Origin: an uncultured delta proteobacterium
GTDB taxonomy: Bacteria > Desulfobacterota > BSN033 > UBA1163
NCBI GenBank assembly: GCA_963708295.1
Contig: CAVPSJ010000003.1
Span: 1-17,093 of the forward strand
DNA: 17,093 nt
Direction of reading: 5' to 3'
Shown here in pieces: positions 7,546 through 16,182 of this stretch. The position numbers were made by a program, and so were the translations under genes. Each line of letters opens with the position of its first letter. Position 1 is the first letter of the stretch. Below the pieces are notes generated by a model. The model had not been told where the DNA came from. It saw only the letters and a list, made by a program, of their open reading frames with translations, and ran no database searches.

Positions 7546-7856
7546 TCACTCAGGGAGAAGATACTAGGAAAATAAATTCTTTATTTGATTTTAATCAGGA
7601 AAATGGGGGTCTGAAACAGCTTCTTTTCGAATATTTCAACGCGACATCGTCGGCCTCCCCTTGATGTCCTAGAGTGAACATTGGTACAAGCTCCAAGTGG
7701 ACGGTTGATGACGTTGGCACCCAATTCAAGGTCATCCACCCACACCTAAATTTCCTTTACGGCGTTTCATTTCCTCGGTCGATTGTCCCTGTAGTTAAAT
7801 TAGATTCCACCCTACAAAATTAACAATTCTCTGCTCATTCAAGTGTAACCCCTCAT

Positions 7857-8828
7857 TCAACCGGGTTTCTTCACAACAACAGGGTTGACCGGATGGACGG
7901 GTTTCTTCCCTTCCAGGACTCTTATAATATCCACGGCCACCCTGCTCATTCTCCTGAGAGCTTCCTCCGTATGGGCGGCCATGTGCGGCGTTCCAATAAA
8001 GTTTTCTAACTGAAAGAGCGGATGATCTTTTGTGGCGGGCTCCACTTCGAACACGTCCGACCCCGCTCCGGCAATCTTCCTTTCCTTGAGCATACGATAA
8101 AGGGCCTTCTCATCCCAGACCGGGCCTCTCGCCACATTGATGATAAAGGCAGTCGGCTTCATGAAGCTGAACTCCCTCTCCCCGACCAACCCCTTCGTCT
8201 CAGGCAACATCGGAAGATTAATGGAGACATAATCGGATTGTGAAAGAACCTCGTCCAGGCTTACCTTCCTCGCCTTTATTTCTTCCTCAACCTCCTGATA
8301 CCGAACGGTATCATAATAGAGGATTTTCATCTCGAATCCCTTGGCTCCCATTCGCGCGACTGTCTTTCCAATTCGACCAAAACCGAGGATGCCGAGTGTC
8401 TTTCCGTGTAGCTCATTCCCGATATACTCGTAACGGGCCTCAAACCGGCCTTCCCTCAACGCAATTTCCCCTTTCTTCAGCATCTTGGAGAGCATCAGGG
8501 CCAGACCGAAGAAATGTTCAGCCACGGAGGCATCGTTGGCATCGGGTGTGTTCACTACCCATATCCCTCTTTCTGTCGCTGCTTCCAGATCAATGTTCTC
8601 CACCCCTACCCCGTGCCTTCCGACGACCTTGAGCTTTGGGGCAGACTCCATCACCTTTCGGCTGGCTCTTCCGTTGGCTCTTACGATAATGCCGTCAATA
8701 TCCCTGACGCGGTCAACGAGATAACCCTCGTCCAGCCGTTCAGCAAAAAAGATGTCCGCTTTCTCTCTCAAAATCGTTTTCCCCTCTTCGTGCATCTCTT
8801 CATAGAGCAACACTTTGAATCTTTCCAT
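7857..8828 (-). CDS. D-isomer-specific 2-hydroxyacid dehydrogenase (SerA-like, no ACT domain)
   Basis: RHGVGVENID, GFGRIG Rossmann motif, NVARG, DVFEVEP, TPHMAA. GGAGG spacing favours ATG 8828 over 8834. Confidence 0.93.
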   Translation of the reverse strand: MERFKVLLYEEMHEEGKTILREKADIFFAERLDEGYLVDRVRDIDGIIVRANGRASRKVMESAPKLKVVGRHGVGVENIDLEAATERGIWVVNTPDANDASVAEHFFGLALMLSKMLKKGEIALREGRFEARYEYIGNELHGKTLGILGFGRIGKTVARMGAKGFEMKILYYDTVRYQEVEEEIKARKVSLDEVLSQSDYVSINLPMLPETKGLVGEREFSFMKPTAFIINVARGPVWDEKALYRMLKERKIAGAGSDVFEVEPATKDHPLFQLENFIGTPHMAAHTEEALRRMSRVAVDIIRVLEGKKPVHPVNPVVVKKPG

Positions 8829-8887
8829 TGTCATACCCTCCGCTTCTTTTCCCTCAACCCTTCACAAGCCTCTCGAAGAATTTCCAA

Positions 8888-8929
8888 CTCACCCTTCCCC
8901 TCTCCCCAGTGGGAGAGGGAGGGGGAAGG
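8888..8929. repeat. REP-like palindrome CCCTCTCCC-N4-GGGAGAGGG
   Basis: Perfect 9-bp stem 8898-8906/8911-8919 plus outer CCTTC/GAAGG. Confidence 0.7.
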
Positions 8930-9062
8930 CGAAGTTTCAAATATTCTGTCTAACATTTAACATAAAAAAAGGGAAGCGGAATTAACGAAAAGCCTCCTCG
9001 ACCCGGCCAGTGATGGGAAATGGGAGGGTGGGACTCCCTTTAGCACTCGTTTTAAAAAAAAC

Positions 9063-9090
9063 TTGACAGATTTTACGAAACTAATATAAT
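9063..9090 (+). promoter_or_regulatory. Sigma-70 promoter of the IclR gene
   Basis: TTGACA (9063-9068), 16-bp spacer, TATAAT (9085-9090). Confidence 0.8.
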
Positions 9091-9117
9091 GTGGAACATC
9101 ATTCCGCATTACGGAAC
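9091..9117. promoter_or_regulatory. Putative IclR-family operator (overlapping palindromes)
   Basis: TTCCG-CATTA-CGGAA (9102-9116) overlapping GTGGAA-CATCA-TTCCGC (9091-9107), directly over the predicted TSS. Confidence 0.6.
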
Positions 9118-9123
9118 GATCAA

Positions 9124-9927
9124 ATGCCTCCAAAAGACCCTTCCAAACCCAGCAACCTGGTCCAAACCATCGAACGTGTTTCTTCGATCCTTGATATGTT
9201 GGCCCAATCTGTTCAGGGCATCAGCATCCGCGAACTATCCTCCGCGATTGGACTTCCCAAGGGGACGACACACCGTCTCCTCTCTTCACTCTCCTATTTC
9301 GGCTACGTCCGGCAGGATCCAAAGACGAGGAACTACTTCTTAGGCCTAAAATTCGTGGAGCTGGGTCAAACGCTTCTTGGCCAGCTCGACCTCAGAAAAG
9401 AGGCCGAGCCTTTTTTGCGGGATCTCGCTGAGCGAACAAACGAAACAATCCATCTGGTCATCCTCGACCGGAACGAGATCGTCTATATCGATAAGGTGGA
9501 AACCGATCGGAATCCGAGCGGTCTAAAGATGGCTTCCAGAATAGGCCTTCGAAACCCTGCACACAGCTCCGCTGTAGGAAAAATGATCCTAGCCAATTTC
9601 TCCGAGGAGGAATTGCGAAGTTTCTTTAAAGAAAAAACTTTGGTGAGAAGAACCGAAAACACGATTACGGACCCGATCCTGTTGCGAGAACACCTGAAAA
9701 CCGTCCGGAAACAAGGATATGCCATTGATGATGAGGAGAACGAAAAGGGAATTCGATGTGTGGCCTCACCCATCTATAACGAGATTGGAAAAACGGTGGC
9801 TGCAATCAGTATCACAGCCCCTGCCTTTCGAGTCACGAAAAAGGTCATTCAAGATACCCTGAAAAGGGAAGTGACGGAAACGGCCCTGAGAATTTCTGAG
9901 AGATTGGGGTATCGAGAAAGGAAATGA
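9124..9927 (+). CDS. IclR-family transcriptional regulator (KdgR/KipR-like)
   Basis: VQTIER...LPKGTTHRLL HTH, NETIHL, HSSAVGK, GYAIDDEENEKGIRCVASPI. ATG 9124 chosen because GTG 9091 abuts the -10 box. Confidence 0.95.
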   Translation: MPPKDPSKPSNLVQTIERVSSILDMLAQSVQGISIRELSSAIGLPKGTTHRLLSSLSYFGYVRQDPKTRNYFLGLKFVELGQTLLGQLDLRKEAEPFLRDLAERTNETIHLVILDRNEIVYIDKVETDRNPSGLKMASRIGLRNPAHSSAVGKMILANFSEEELRSFFKEKTLVRRTENTITDPILLREHLKTVRKQGYAIDDEENEKGIRCVASPIYNEIGKTVAAISITAPAFRVTKKVIQDTLKREVTETALRISERLGYRERK

Positions 9928-10150
9928 ATCGGGAGTTCAAAGTGTACGACAGTGATCGGACCACCTCAATGTATCATACGAAGTTTAGGGCTGAGATTTG
10001 AACTTAAGGGCATGAGGGAGGAAAGTAAAGCTTTTCCAAGCGATCGGAAAGGTTGTTAAGAAGGGGGTGGAAGGCGGGTTGGAGTAAGGTCTTTATGTTT
10101 ATCTTTGTACGTTCAGCATTCACCGTCCGGCGTCAAAAGGAGGAGATAAG

Positions 10151-10615
10151 TTGAAGAAGGATGAAGTAATGGTCGGGGTTGTCATCTTTCTTTTCGGAGG
10201 AGCAACCGTCCTTCTCTCTCTGAAAATGCCCATCGGAACCTTCCGAACGGCGGGGACTGGGATGTTTCCCTTAATTCTCGGGATACTGCTCATGATTTTA
10301 TCGGGCGCCTTCGTTTCAAGAATTTTCTTTGAGGGTAGAGAGGAACAGGTAAAAAAGGAAGTCTCGATTGAATCTTCGGAGTCTCCTAAACAGTTGATCT
10401 TCTTTCTGGGGACAATGGTCCTCGTTACTCTCTTTTTCAACAAATGGGGGTATCCCCTCTCCGCTTTCCTTTTGATGCTGGCACTTTTGAGAGTTCTCGG
10501 AGTGAAAAGGTGGACACTCACTCTGCCTTTATCACTTATGATAGCAGTTGTTTGTTATTTTCTATTCGTCCAATGGCTGAAGATCCCATTGCCCAAGGGG
10601 TGGATTGGAATCTAA
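10151..10615 (+). CDS. tctB: Tripartite tricarboxylate transporter small membrane subunit TctB
   Basis: Hydrophobic, G.G.FP motif, C-terminal F..WL.IPLPKG; TTG start after AAGGAGGAG; adjacent to tctA. Confidence 0.88.
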   Translation: MKKDEVMVGVVIFLFGGATVLLSLKMPIGTFRTAGTGMFPLILGILLMILSGAFVSRIFFEGREEQVKKEVSIESSESPKQLIFFLGTMVLVTLFFNKWGYPLSAFLLMLALLRVLGVKRWTLTLPLSLMIAVVCYFLFVQWLKIPLPKGWIGI

Positions 10616-10684
10616 GAAAAAGTAAAAGAAAGGCCATGGTTAAAGAAGAGCGGGTAGAAGTTCATCGTTCGGGGTCGAGAGTAG

Positions 10685-12193
10685 ATGCTTGAATCACTCC
10701 AACATCTGATTAATGGTTTCGCAATCGCCGGGACAATTCAAAATCTTCTTTATTGTCTGATCGGTTGTATCGTAGGAACCCTCATCGGTGTGCTTCCTGG
10801 AATCGGACCGATCGCCGGGATCGCCCTTCTGATCCCTGCTACATTTGGCCTGAACCCCACTTCTGCCATCATCATGCTTGCGGGAATCTACTACGGAGCA
10901 ATGTACGGAGGCTCTACCACCTCCATCCTCCTCAATGTCCCCGGGGAGACGGCTTCGGTCATCACCTGTATCGATGGCTATCGAATGGCACAAAAAGGGA
11001 GGGCAGGCCCTGCTCTGGCCATCGTTGCCATTGGATCTTTTATTGCAGGCACTCTTGCAATTTTTGGATTGGTCTTTTTGGCCCCGCCATTGGCAGAGGC
11101 AGCATTGGCCTTTGGTCCTCCTGAATATTTTTCTTTAATGGTCTTTGGCTTTATTATTTTGAGCAATGTGACAGGTAAATCACTCCTCAAATCTCTCATG
11201 ATGGCCATCATCGGACTGATCATCGGAACCATCGGGCTCGATCCTGTGACTGGAGATGCCCGTTTTACCTTCGGTTCAGTTCCACTGCTCAGTGGAATCG
11301 AATTTGTTGCTGTCGCTATCGGACTCTTCGGAATTGGAGAGGTTTTGGTCAATGTCAATCAGCCCTCAGAACTGCTGGACCAAGGAGTCCTCATGCCGCG
11401 CCTGAGGGAACTTTATCCCTCCCTTCAAGATTTAAAGAAATCGATGGGTGCAATTCTCAGGGGGACGTTATCTGGATTCGGCATAGGTTTGGTCCCAGGA
11501 CCAGCGCCGGTCATTGCCACTTACGCCGCTTATATGATCGAGAGGAAGGTTTCTAAACACCCCGAGGAGTTTGGTACGGGAGCGATCGAAGGAGTGGCTG
11601 GTCCTGAATCTGCCAACAACTCCGCCTGCCAAGCCGCCTTCATTCCACTGTTTGTCCTTGGAATTCCTTTTGCTCCTCCCACGGCCATTCTTCTGGGTGC
11701 TCTTCTCATCCATGGAGTGTCGCCAGGACCATTAATGATCAGTGAGCATGCTGGACTCTTTTGGGGAGTAATCGCCAGCATGTATATCGGTAACTTTATG
11801 CTTCTCATCCTCAACCTTCCCCTCGTCCCTCTCTTTGCCAACATACTCAGAATTCCTAAGAGAATCCTTTTACCCCTCGTCATCCTTTTCTGCATCACAG
11901 GGATGTATACAGTGAATAACTCCGTTTTCGATGTCTGGATGATGCTCCTCTTCGGTGCGATGGGATTTTTGATGAGGAAATGGGCTTACGAGGGTGCACC
12001 GCTTCTCTTGGCATTAGTCCTCGGGCCAAAATTGGAGGTGGCTTTTAGACAGTCGCTGATGATCTCTCATGGTGATTTCGGAGTCTTTATCAATCGGCCT
12101 GTCTCGATGGCCTTTTTGCTCGGAACGGGCATCTTCCTGATAGGTCCGTTGGTTTGGCTGATGTTTAAAAAAAACAAGAAAGGAGGGGTTTAG
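10685..12193 (+). CDS. tctA: Tripartite tricarboxylate transporter permease TctA
   Basis: GTLIGVLPGIG, YYGAMYGGS...ILLNVPG, GVAGPESANN, LGIP, HGVSPGP. Confidence 0.96.
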   Translation: MLESLQHLINGFAIAGTIQNLLYCLIGCIVGTLIGVLPGIGPIAGIALLIPATFGLNPTSAIIMLAGIYYGAMYGGSTTSILLNVPGETASVITCIDGYRMAQKGRAGPALAIVAIGSFIAGTLAIFGLVFLAPPLAEAALAFGPPEYFSLMVFGFIILSNVTGKSLLKSLMMAIIGLIIGTIGLDPVTGDARFTFGSVPLLSGIEFVAVAIGLFGIGEVLVNVNQPSELLDQGVLMPRLRELYPSLQDLKKSMGAILRGTLSGFGIGLVPGPAPVIATYAAYMIERKVSKHPEEFGTGAIEGVAGPESANNSACQAAFIPLFVLGIPFAPPTAILLGALLIHGVSPGPLMISEHAGLFWGVIASMYIGNFMLLILNLPLVPLFANILRIPKRILLPLVILFCITGMYTVNNSVFDVWMMLLFGAMGFLMRKWAYEGAPLLLALVLGPKLEVAFRQSLMISHGDFGVFINRPVSMAFLLGTGIFLIGPLVWLMFKKNKKGGV

Positions 12194-12233
12194 AAGTTCA
12201 AAGTTCAAAGGAGGGATTCGAAGTTAGAAGTCT
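12194..12233 (+). repeat. Short heptamer tandem repeats
   Basis: AAGTTCA x2 (12194-12207) and GAAGTTA-GAAGTCT (12220-12233). Confidence 0.45.
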
Positions 12234-12297
12234 AAGAACGGTTGAGAACGAGTGGTTTGAGACTGGGTGTCTGTGCTTGAATCGAAAGGAGGCTGTT

Positions 12298-13251
12298 ATG
12301 TTCAAGAGAGTTATTCCGATCCTGTTAGTTATTCTAGGACTCATTGCGGCGATCCCTATTCATGCCGCGGAATTTCCTACCAAAGAAGTTCAAATCATTA
12401 TCCCCTGGGCGGCCGGTGGGGCCACAGACCTGATCTTCAGGGCCCTGGCTGCAACGACAGGGAAATATCTCGGGAAGGCCGTGGTCGTCGTCAACCGACC
12501 GGGCGGAGGAGGTGCTGTGGGATATACCGAAGCCGCACAGGCCAGACCGGATGGCCATACGCTGGTTTCTGCGGTCACCCCTCTCACCATTCTTCCGCAT
12601 CAGGTGACCACTGCCTTCACCTACAAGAACTTCGACGCCATCATCAATGTGGTGGACGATCCATCCATGTTCTTGGTACGATCTGACGCTCCCTGGAAGA
12701 ACCTTAGGGATTTCTTGGATTATGCTAAGAAGAACCCTGACATGATCACGGTAGGGAACTCGGGGGCAGGAGGAGGCGTCCACTTGGTTGCCCTTGCCTT
12801 TGAGAGGGCCGCCGGTGTGAAATTCAATCATATCCCATTTTCAGGCGGAGGACCTTCTGTCACCGCCTTGCTCGGGGGCCATATCAATGCCGTTTCCGTC
12901 TCTCCGCCGGAAGGGATCGAGCATGTGAAAGCGGGCAAGCTCAAGATCATTGCTCTCTTTGCTGAAAAACGATTTGAGATGTTTCCCGATGTTCCGACGG
13001 TCAAGGAACAGGGCATTGATTTCGTGATGGGAATGTGGCGCGGATTGGTTGCGCCCAAAGGCACTCCACCCGATGCGGTGAAGAAACTCCACGATGCTTT
13101 CAAACAGGGGATGGATGATCCGGTTTTCAAGAAGAATGCAAAGGACATGGCAGTCAATCTCTCCTATCTTGGCCCGGAGGCCTTTGGAAAACTTCTGGCC
13201 CATGACCATGAGTTCTTTGGCAAGCTCATCACGGAGATGAAGAAGAAATGA
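12298..13251 (+). CDS. tctC: Tripartite tricarboxylate transporter substrate-binding protein TctC (Bug family)
   Basis: Signal peptide, FPTKEV..IIPWAAGGATD, NRPGGGG, IPFSGGG..VTALLGGH, PDVPT, PKGTP; AAGGAGG RBS before ATG 12298. Confidence 0.95.
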   Translation: MFKRVIPILLVILGLIAAIPIHAAEFPTKEVQIIIPWAAGGATDLIFRALAATTGKYLGKAVVVVNRPGGGGAVGYTEAAQARPDGHTLVSAVTPLTILPHQVTTAFTYKNFDAIINVVDDPSMFLVRSDAPWKNLRDFLDYAKKNPDMITVGNSGAGGGVHLVALAFERAAGVKFNHIPFSGGGPSVTALLGGHINAVSVSPPEGIEHVKAGKLKIIALFAEKRFEMFPDVPTVKEQGIDFVMGMWRGLVAPKGTPPDAVKKLHDAFKQGMDDPVFKKNAKDMAVNLSYLGPEAFGKLLAHDHEFFGKLITEMKKK

Positions 13252-13276
13252 CCCATACCGGAAAGGAGGTAAGCTC

Positions 13277-14278
13277 ATGAGAACTGCAAAGATAGGATTC
13301 ATTTTTTCAATGTTCGCCCTCTCATGTTTCCTCTTCGCCTGTGCGGAGACGGGTACCACGGTCAAACCCACGACCCCAGCGGGGAAGAAGACGACCATTC
13401 GTATTGGGAGTCCGTTTAAAGGAGGTATTGTCGTTGAGGCAGCGGAGAAGTTCCAGGAGCTGGTAGAAAAGGGAAGCGGAGGCCGGTTCGAGGTGAAGAT
13501 TGACGCCGGCACCAAGGCGGAAATTGATATTAATAAGCTAAACAGGGCCGGTGAGCTCGAAATGCAGTCTAACGGGACGAATTTCTTGGAGCTCTACGCT
13601 CCCCCGTACTACTTCTTCACGGGTCCCTACGTCATGAAGGACTTCGATCACTACATGCGCGCCTGGAACGGTAAGCTCGGCCAGGCGGCCCGGGCCCAGT
13701 TAGAGAAAAATGACCTGAAGTACCTGGCAACGATCTACCGGGGGCTGCGGCAGACGACGGCGAAGAAACCGCTCTACACGCCGGCCGATGCGTATAACCT
13801 GAAGCTCCGGCTACCGCCTATCCCCAGTTGGATGGCCGTCTGGAAGGCGATCGGTACCGACCCCGTCGGGGTGCCTTTGCCCGAGCTCTATAACTCGCTC
13901 AAGACGGGCAAGGCCGAAGCCTCCGAGGGCGACCTGCCACAGATCCAATCCTTCAAGCTTGACCAGGTCCAAAGCCATTTGATCATCACCAATCACCTTG
14001 TCCAGACCGCAGGAATCCTGATCCACAAGCCTTTCTTCGACAAGCTGTCCAAGGCGGACCAGGATCTCATCGTCAAGGCCGGGAAGGAGGCGGAGGAGTG
14101 GGCCAACAACAAGATCAAGACCGGAGAGGCAGCCATTCTGGTCGAACTCCAGCGAAAGGGTATGCAGGTGATCATCCCGGACGCCAATTCCTTCCGGGAG
14201 AAGGCCAAGCCGGCTGTCGACGAGCTGTTCAAGACCCAATGGTCGGTCACGACCTGGGCTGAAGTGCTGGCTCAGTAA
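13277..14278 (+). CDS. dctP: TRAP transporter substrate-binding protein DctP, predicted lipoprotein
   Basis: YRGLRQTT, LKLRLPP (carboxylate-binding Arg region), ELYNSLKTG, TNHL; lipobox-like LFA-C22; AAGGAGGT RBS. Confidence 0.88.
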   Translation: MRTAKIGFIFSMFALSCFLFACAETGTTVKPTTPAGKKTTIRIGSPFKGGIVVEAAEKFQELVEKGSGGRFEVKIDAGTKAEIDINKLNRAGELEMQSNGTNFLELYAPPYYFFTGPYVMKDFDHYMRAWNGKLGQAARAQLEKNDLKYLATIYRGLRQTTAKKPLYTPADAYNLKLRLPPIPSWMAVWKAIGTDPVGVPLPELYNSLKTGKAEASEGDLPQIQSFKLDQVQSHLIITNHLVQTAGILIHKPFFDKLSKADQDLIVKAGKEAEEWANNKIKTGEAAILVELQRKGMQVIIPDANSFREKAKPAVDELFKTQWSVTTWAEVLAQ

Positions 14279-14285
14279 TCGTTTC

Positions 14286-14331
14286 AATTCCCCCCTTTGG
14301 CCCCTTTGATATAGAGGGCCAAGGAGGGATT
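14286..14331. repeat. REP-like nested hairpin, possible terminator after dctP
   Basis: AATTCCCCCCTTTGGCCC ... GGGCCAAGGAGGGATT imperfect inverted repeat. Confidence 0.55.
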
Positions 14332-14382
14332 ATTAGGCTTTATTCTCCAAAGGTAGTTGTGTTTTTCCAAAAGTTCAAATCG

Positions 14383-14409
14383 AGATCCCGAAATGAATTC
14401 GGGAAGACA
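14383..14409 (-). repeat. REP-like hairpin (TGTCTTCCCGAATTCATTTCGGGATCT on minus strand)
   Basis: TCCCGAA-N5-TTCGGGA stem; inverted partner of the interrupted copy at 14424-14439 + 14613-14623. Confidence 0.7.
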
Positions 14410-14439
14410 TAAGAAATTATTAGTGTCCTGCTGAATTTA

Positions 14440-14610
14440 CTAAGGAGTCCATAATTGCCCAGACACCATTTTCCGAAAATCTCCCCTAGCCCCTCTTTTC
14501 CAAAGAGGGGTAATTCCTCCCTTTGTAAAAGGGAGGTGAGGAGGGATTTTACAACGAATTCTTCAGTCTTTTCCCTGATTCATATGTCTGCTCTAATATG
14601 GACTGATTCG
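14440..14610. mobile_element. 171-bp MITE-like insertion with imperfect terminal inverted repeats and TA target duplication
   Basis: Ends match at 19/26 positions as inverted repeats (cores AGTCCATA/TATGGACT and CAGACA/TGTCTG). TA at 14438-14439 and 14611-14612. Removal restores the hairpin TGCTGAA-TTTAT-TTCAGCA. Confidence 0.7.
14476..14550. repeat. Y-shaped double-hairpin REP-like element
   Basis: Outer AAAATCTCCCC/GGAGGGATTTT enclosing CCCCTCTTT-TCC-AAAGAGGGG and CCTCCCTTT-GTA-AAAGGGAGG. Confidence 0.8.
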
Positions 14611-14654
14611 TATTTCAGCACCTGATTGAAATAGGAGGCTATTAAGGAGAAGAA

Positions 14655-15761
14655 ATGGCACTCATGGATGAAATCAAAGAGAAAGAAAGAAGGGTGAGAG
14701 AGTTTCTTCGATCAAAGAACCTGAAGGCCTTGCTTCTCAAGCGCCAGGCCAATTTCTCCTGGATGACATGCGGTGGCCTCAATCTCGTAGGGATCGCCAC
14801 GGAATTCGGAGCCACCGCTCTCCTCATCACGGAAGATTCGAAGTATGTCCTATCGAACAACATTGAATCCCCTCGGATGATCGATGAGGAAAAGTTGGAG
14901 AAACAGGGGTTCATTGTGAAGACCTTTCCTTGGTATGAGGATTATGAAGTCCCCCTGGTGAGAGAGCTCATGGAGGGGAATCCCTTCGGAAGTGATGTTC
15001 CATTCCAAAATGCGATGATGGTCGCAGAGGGTGTGGCAAGGCTCCGATATTCACTCACACCCGAGGAACGATATCGGTATCGCTGGCTGGGAGAAAAGGC
15101 CTCTCTGGCGCTGGAAAAAACACTGATGAAGACGAAGAAGGGGGAAACAGAGTCAGAGGTCGTGGGCAGGCTTTGCAACGAAATGTGGAAGGTCCGAATC
15201 GATCCGGTTACATTAATGTCAGCGGCGGATGATCGGATCTCTCAGTTTCGCCATCCGATTCCCACGGAGAAGAAGATCAAAAAATTTTTAATGGTTTCAG
15301 TCAATGCCAGAAAATGGGGCCTGATCGTCTCACTCACTCGCTTCGTCTATTTCGGGAAATTGCCCAAAGCGTTGAGAAGAAAGTACGAAACCAATGTTTA
15401 TATCGATTGCATCCTTATGGCGAACACCCGACCCGGAGTTCCTGCAAGAGATGTTCTCCAAAAAGGAATCGACGCTTATCGAGAAAAGGAATATCCGGAC
15501 GAATGGAAACTCCATCACCAGGGAGGCTCGATCGGCTACACGGGCAGGGACTATCGAGTCAATTTCAAGACCCCTGACATGATCCAGGAGCACCAAGCCT
15601 TCACCTGGAATCCGTCGCTCACCGGGACGAAATCAGAGGATACCGTTCTCGCTACTTCCAAGGGACCGGAGATGATCACCTATCCCATCCGGTACCCTAC
15701 CCTTTCCATGGAGGTGGAGAATGTCCCTTTTGTCCGGCCGGCGATCTTGGAGAAGGCGTGA
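14655..15761 (+). CDS. M24 (pita-bread fold) family protein with degenerate metal site
   Basis: Creatinase/prolidase-like N-terminus (NFSWMTCGG); C-terminal SLTRFVYFG, HHQGGSIG, FTWNPS, KSEDT align to M24 motifs; AAGGA RBS. Confidence 0.85.
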   Translation: MALMDEIKEKERRVREFLRSKNLKALLLKRQANFSWMTCGGLNLVGIATEFGATALLITEDSKYVLSNNIESPRMIDEEKLEKQGFIVKTFPWYEDYEVPLVRELMEGNPFGSDVPFQNAMMVAEGVARLRYSLTPEERYRYRWLGEKASLALEKTLMKTKKGETESEVVGRLCNEMWKVRIDPVTLMSAADDRISQFRHPIPTEKKIKKFLMVSVNARKWGLIVSLTRFVYFGKLPKALRRKYETNVYIDCILMANTRPGVPARDVLQKGIDAYREKEYPDEWKLHHQGGSIGYTGRDYRVNFKTPDMIQEHQAFTWNPSLTGTKSEDTVLATSKGPEMITYPIRYPTLSMEVENVPFVRPAILEKA

Positions 15762-15771
15762 GATGATTCTC

Positions 15772-15810
15772 AGTTCGGAGTTCGGAGTTGAAAATTCGAA
15801 ATTCGAAATT
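15772..15810 (+). repeat. Heptamer tandem array
   Basis: AGTTCGG AGTTCGG AGTTGAA AATTCGA AATTCGA AATT. Confidence 0.7.
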
Positions 15811-15841
15811 GACCATTGATTAAACGGGGGAGGTTTTGATC

Positions 15842-16135
15842 ATGATCGAGAGGCACGTCACGTTCAATGTCATTCCCGGAAAAGAAAAGGAATTCGAAAC
15901 CCTGTTCAAAAACGCTTATAGCATGACCATGTCAAAACAACCTGGTTTCGTCTCGGTGGCCTTTCTGAAAGAACATGATAAAGAGGCAGTCTACCAGATG
16001 ATGATCCGATTTCAATCCCTTGAATCGGCGGTGGCCTGGAGAGACTCGGCGGATCACAAAGACCTCTCCCCAAAAATCAAGGCCCTCTATAAGGAAAGCA
16101 CCGTCCAGGTTTATGAAGTCGTTGCACAGAAATAG
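15842..16135 (+). CDS. Antibiotic biosynthesis monooxygenase (ABM/Dabb) domain protein
   Basis: V.PGKEKEFE, QPGFVS, F.S.E....W..S..H pattern; GGAGG 8 nt before ATG 15842. Confidence 0.85.
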   Translation: MIERHVTFNVIPGKEKEFETLFKNAYSMTMSKQPGFVSVAFLKEHDKEAVYQMMIRFQSLESAVAWRDSADHKDLSPKIKALYKESTVQVYEVVAQK

Positions 16136-16182
16136 AGGGGAGATCGCTGTTAGAAATCTATCCGGAGGGATGTGAAACAGAG

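Noticed and set aside
7713-7730. TTGGCAC as a third sigma-54 promoter
   Set aside because: No GC at the -12 position and no downstream + strand gene
7834-7860. CTCATTCAA direct repeat at the dehydrogenase stop as an islet boundary
   Set aside because: Copies are only 18 bp apart and no counterpart was seen at the left boundary (2932-3170)
7857-8828. serA assignment
   Set aside because: No C-terminal ACT/ASB domain and a catabolic context; only family-level call supported
9091-9123. GTG start and N-terminal extension of IclR
   Set aside because: Immediately follows the -10 hexamer, so it is upstream of the probable TSS
270-15596. Numerous antisense or alternate-frame ORFs within recognised genes (e.g. 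270-809, 1093-1563, 4844-5257, 12841-13515, 13811-14287)
   Set aside because: Overlap well-supported genes and show no recognisable motifs
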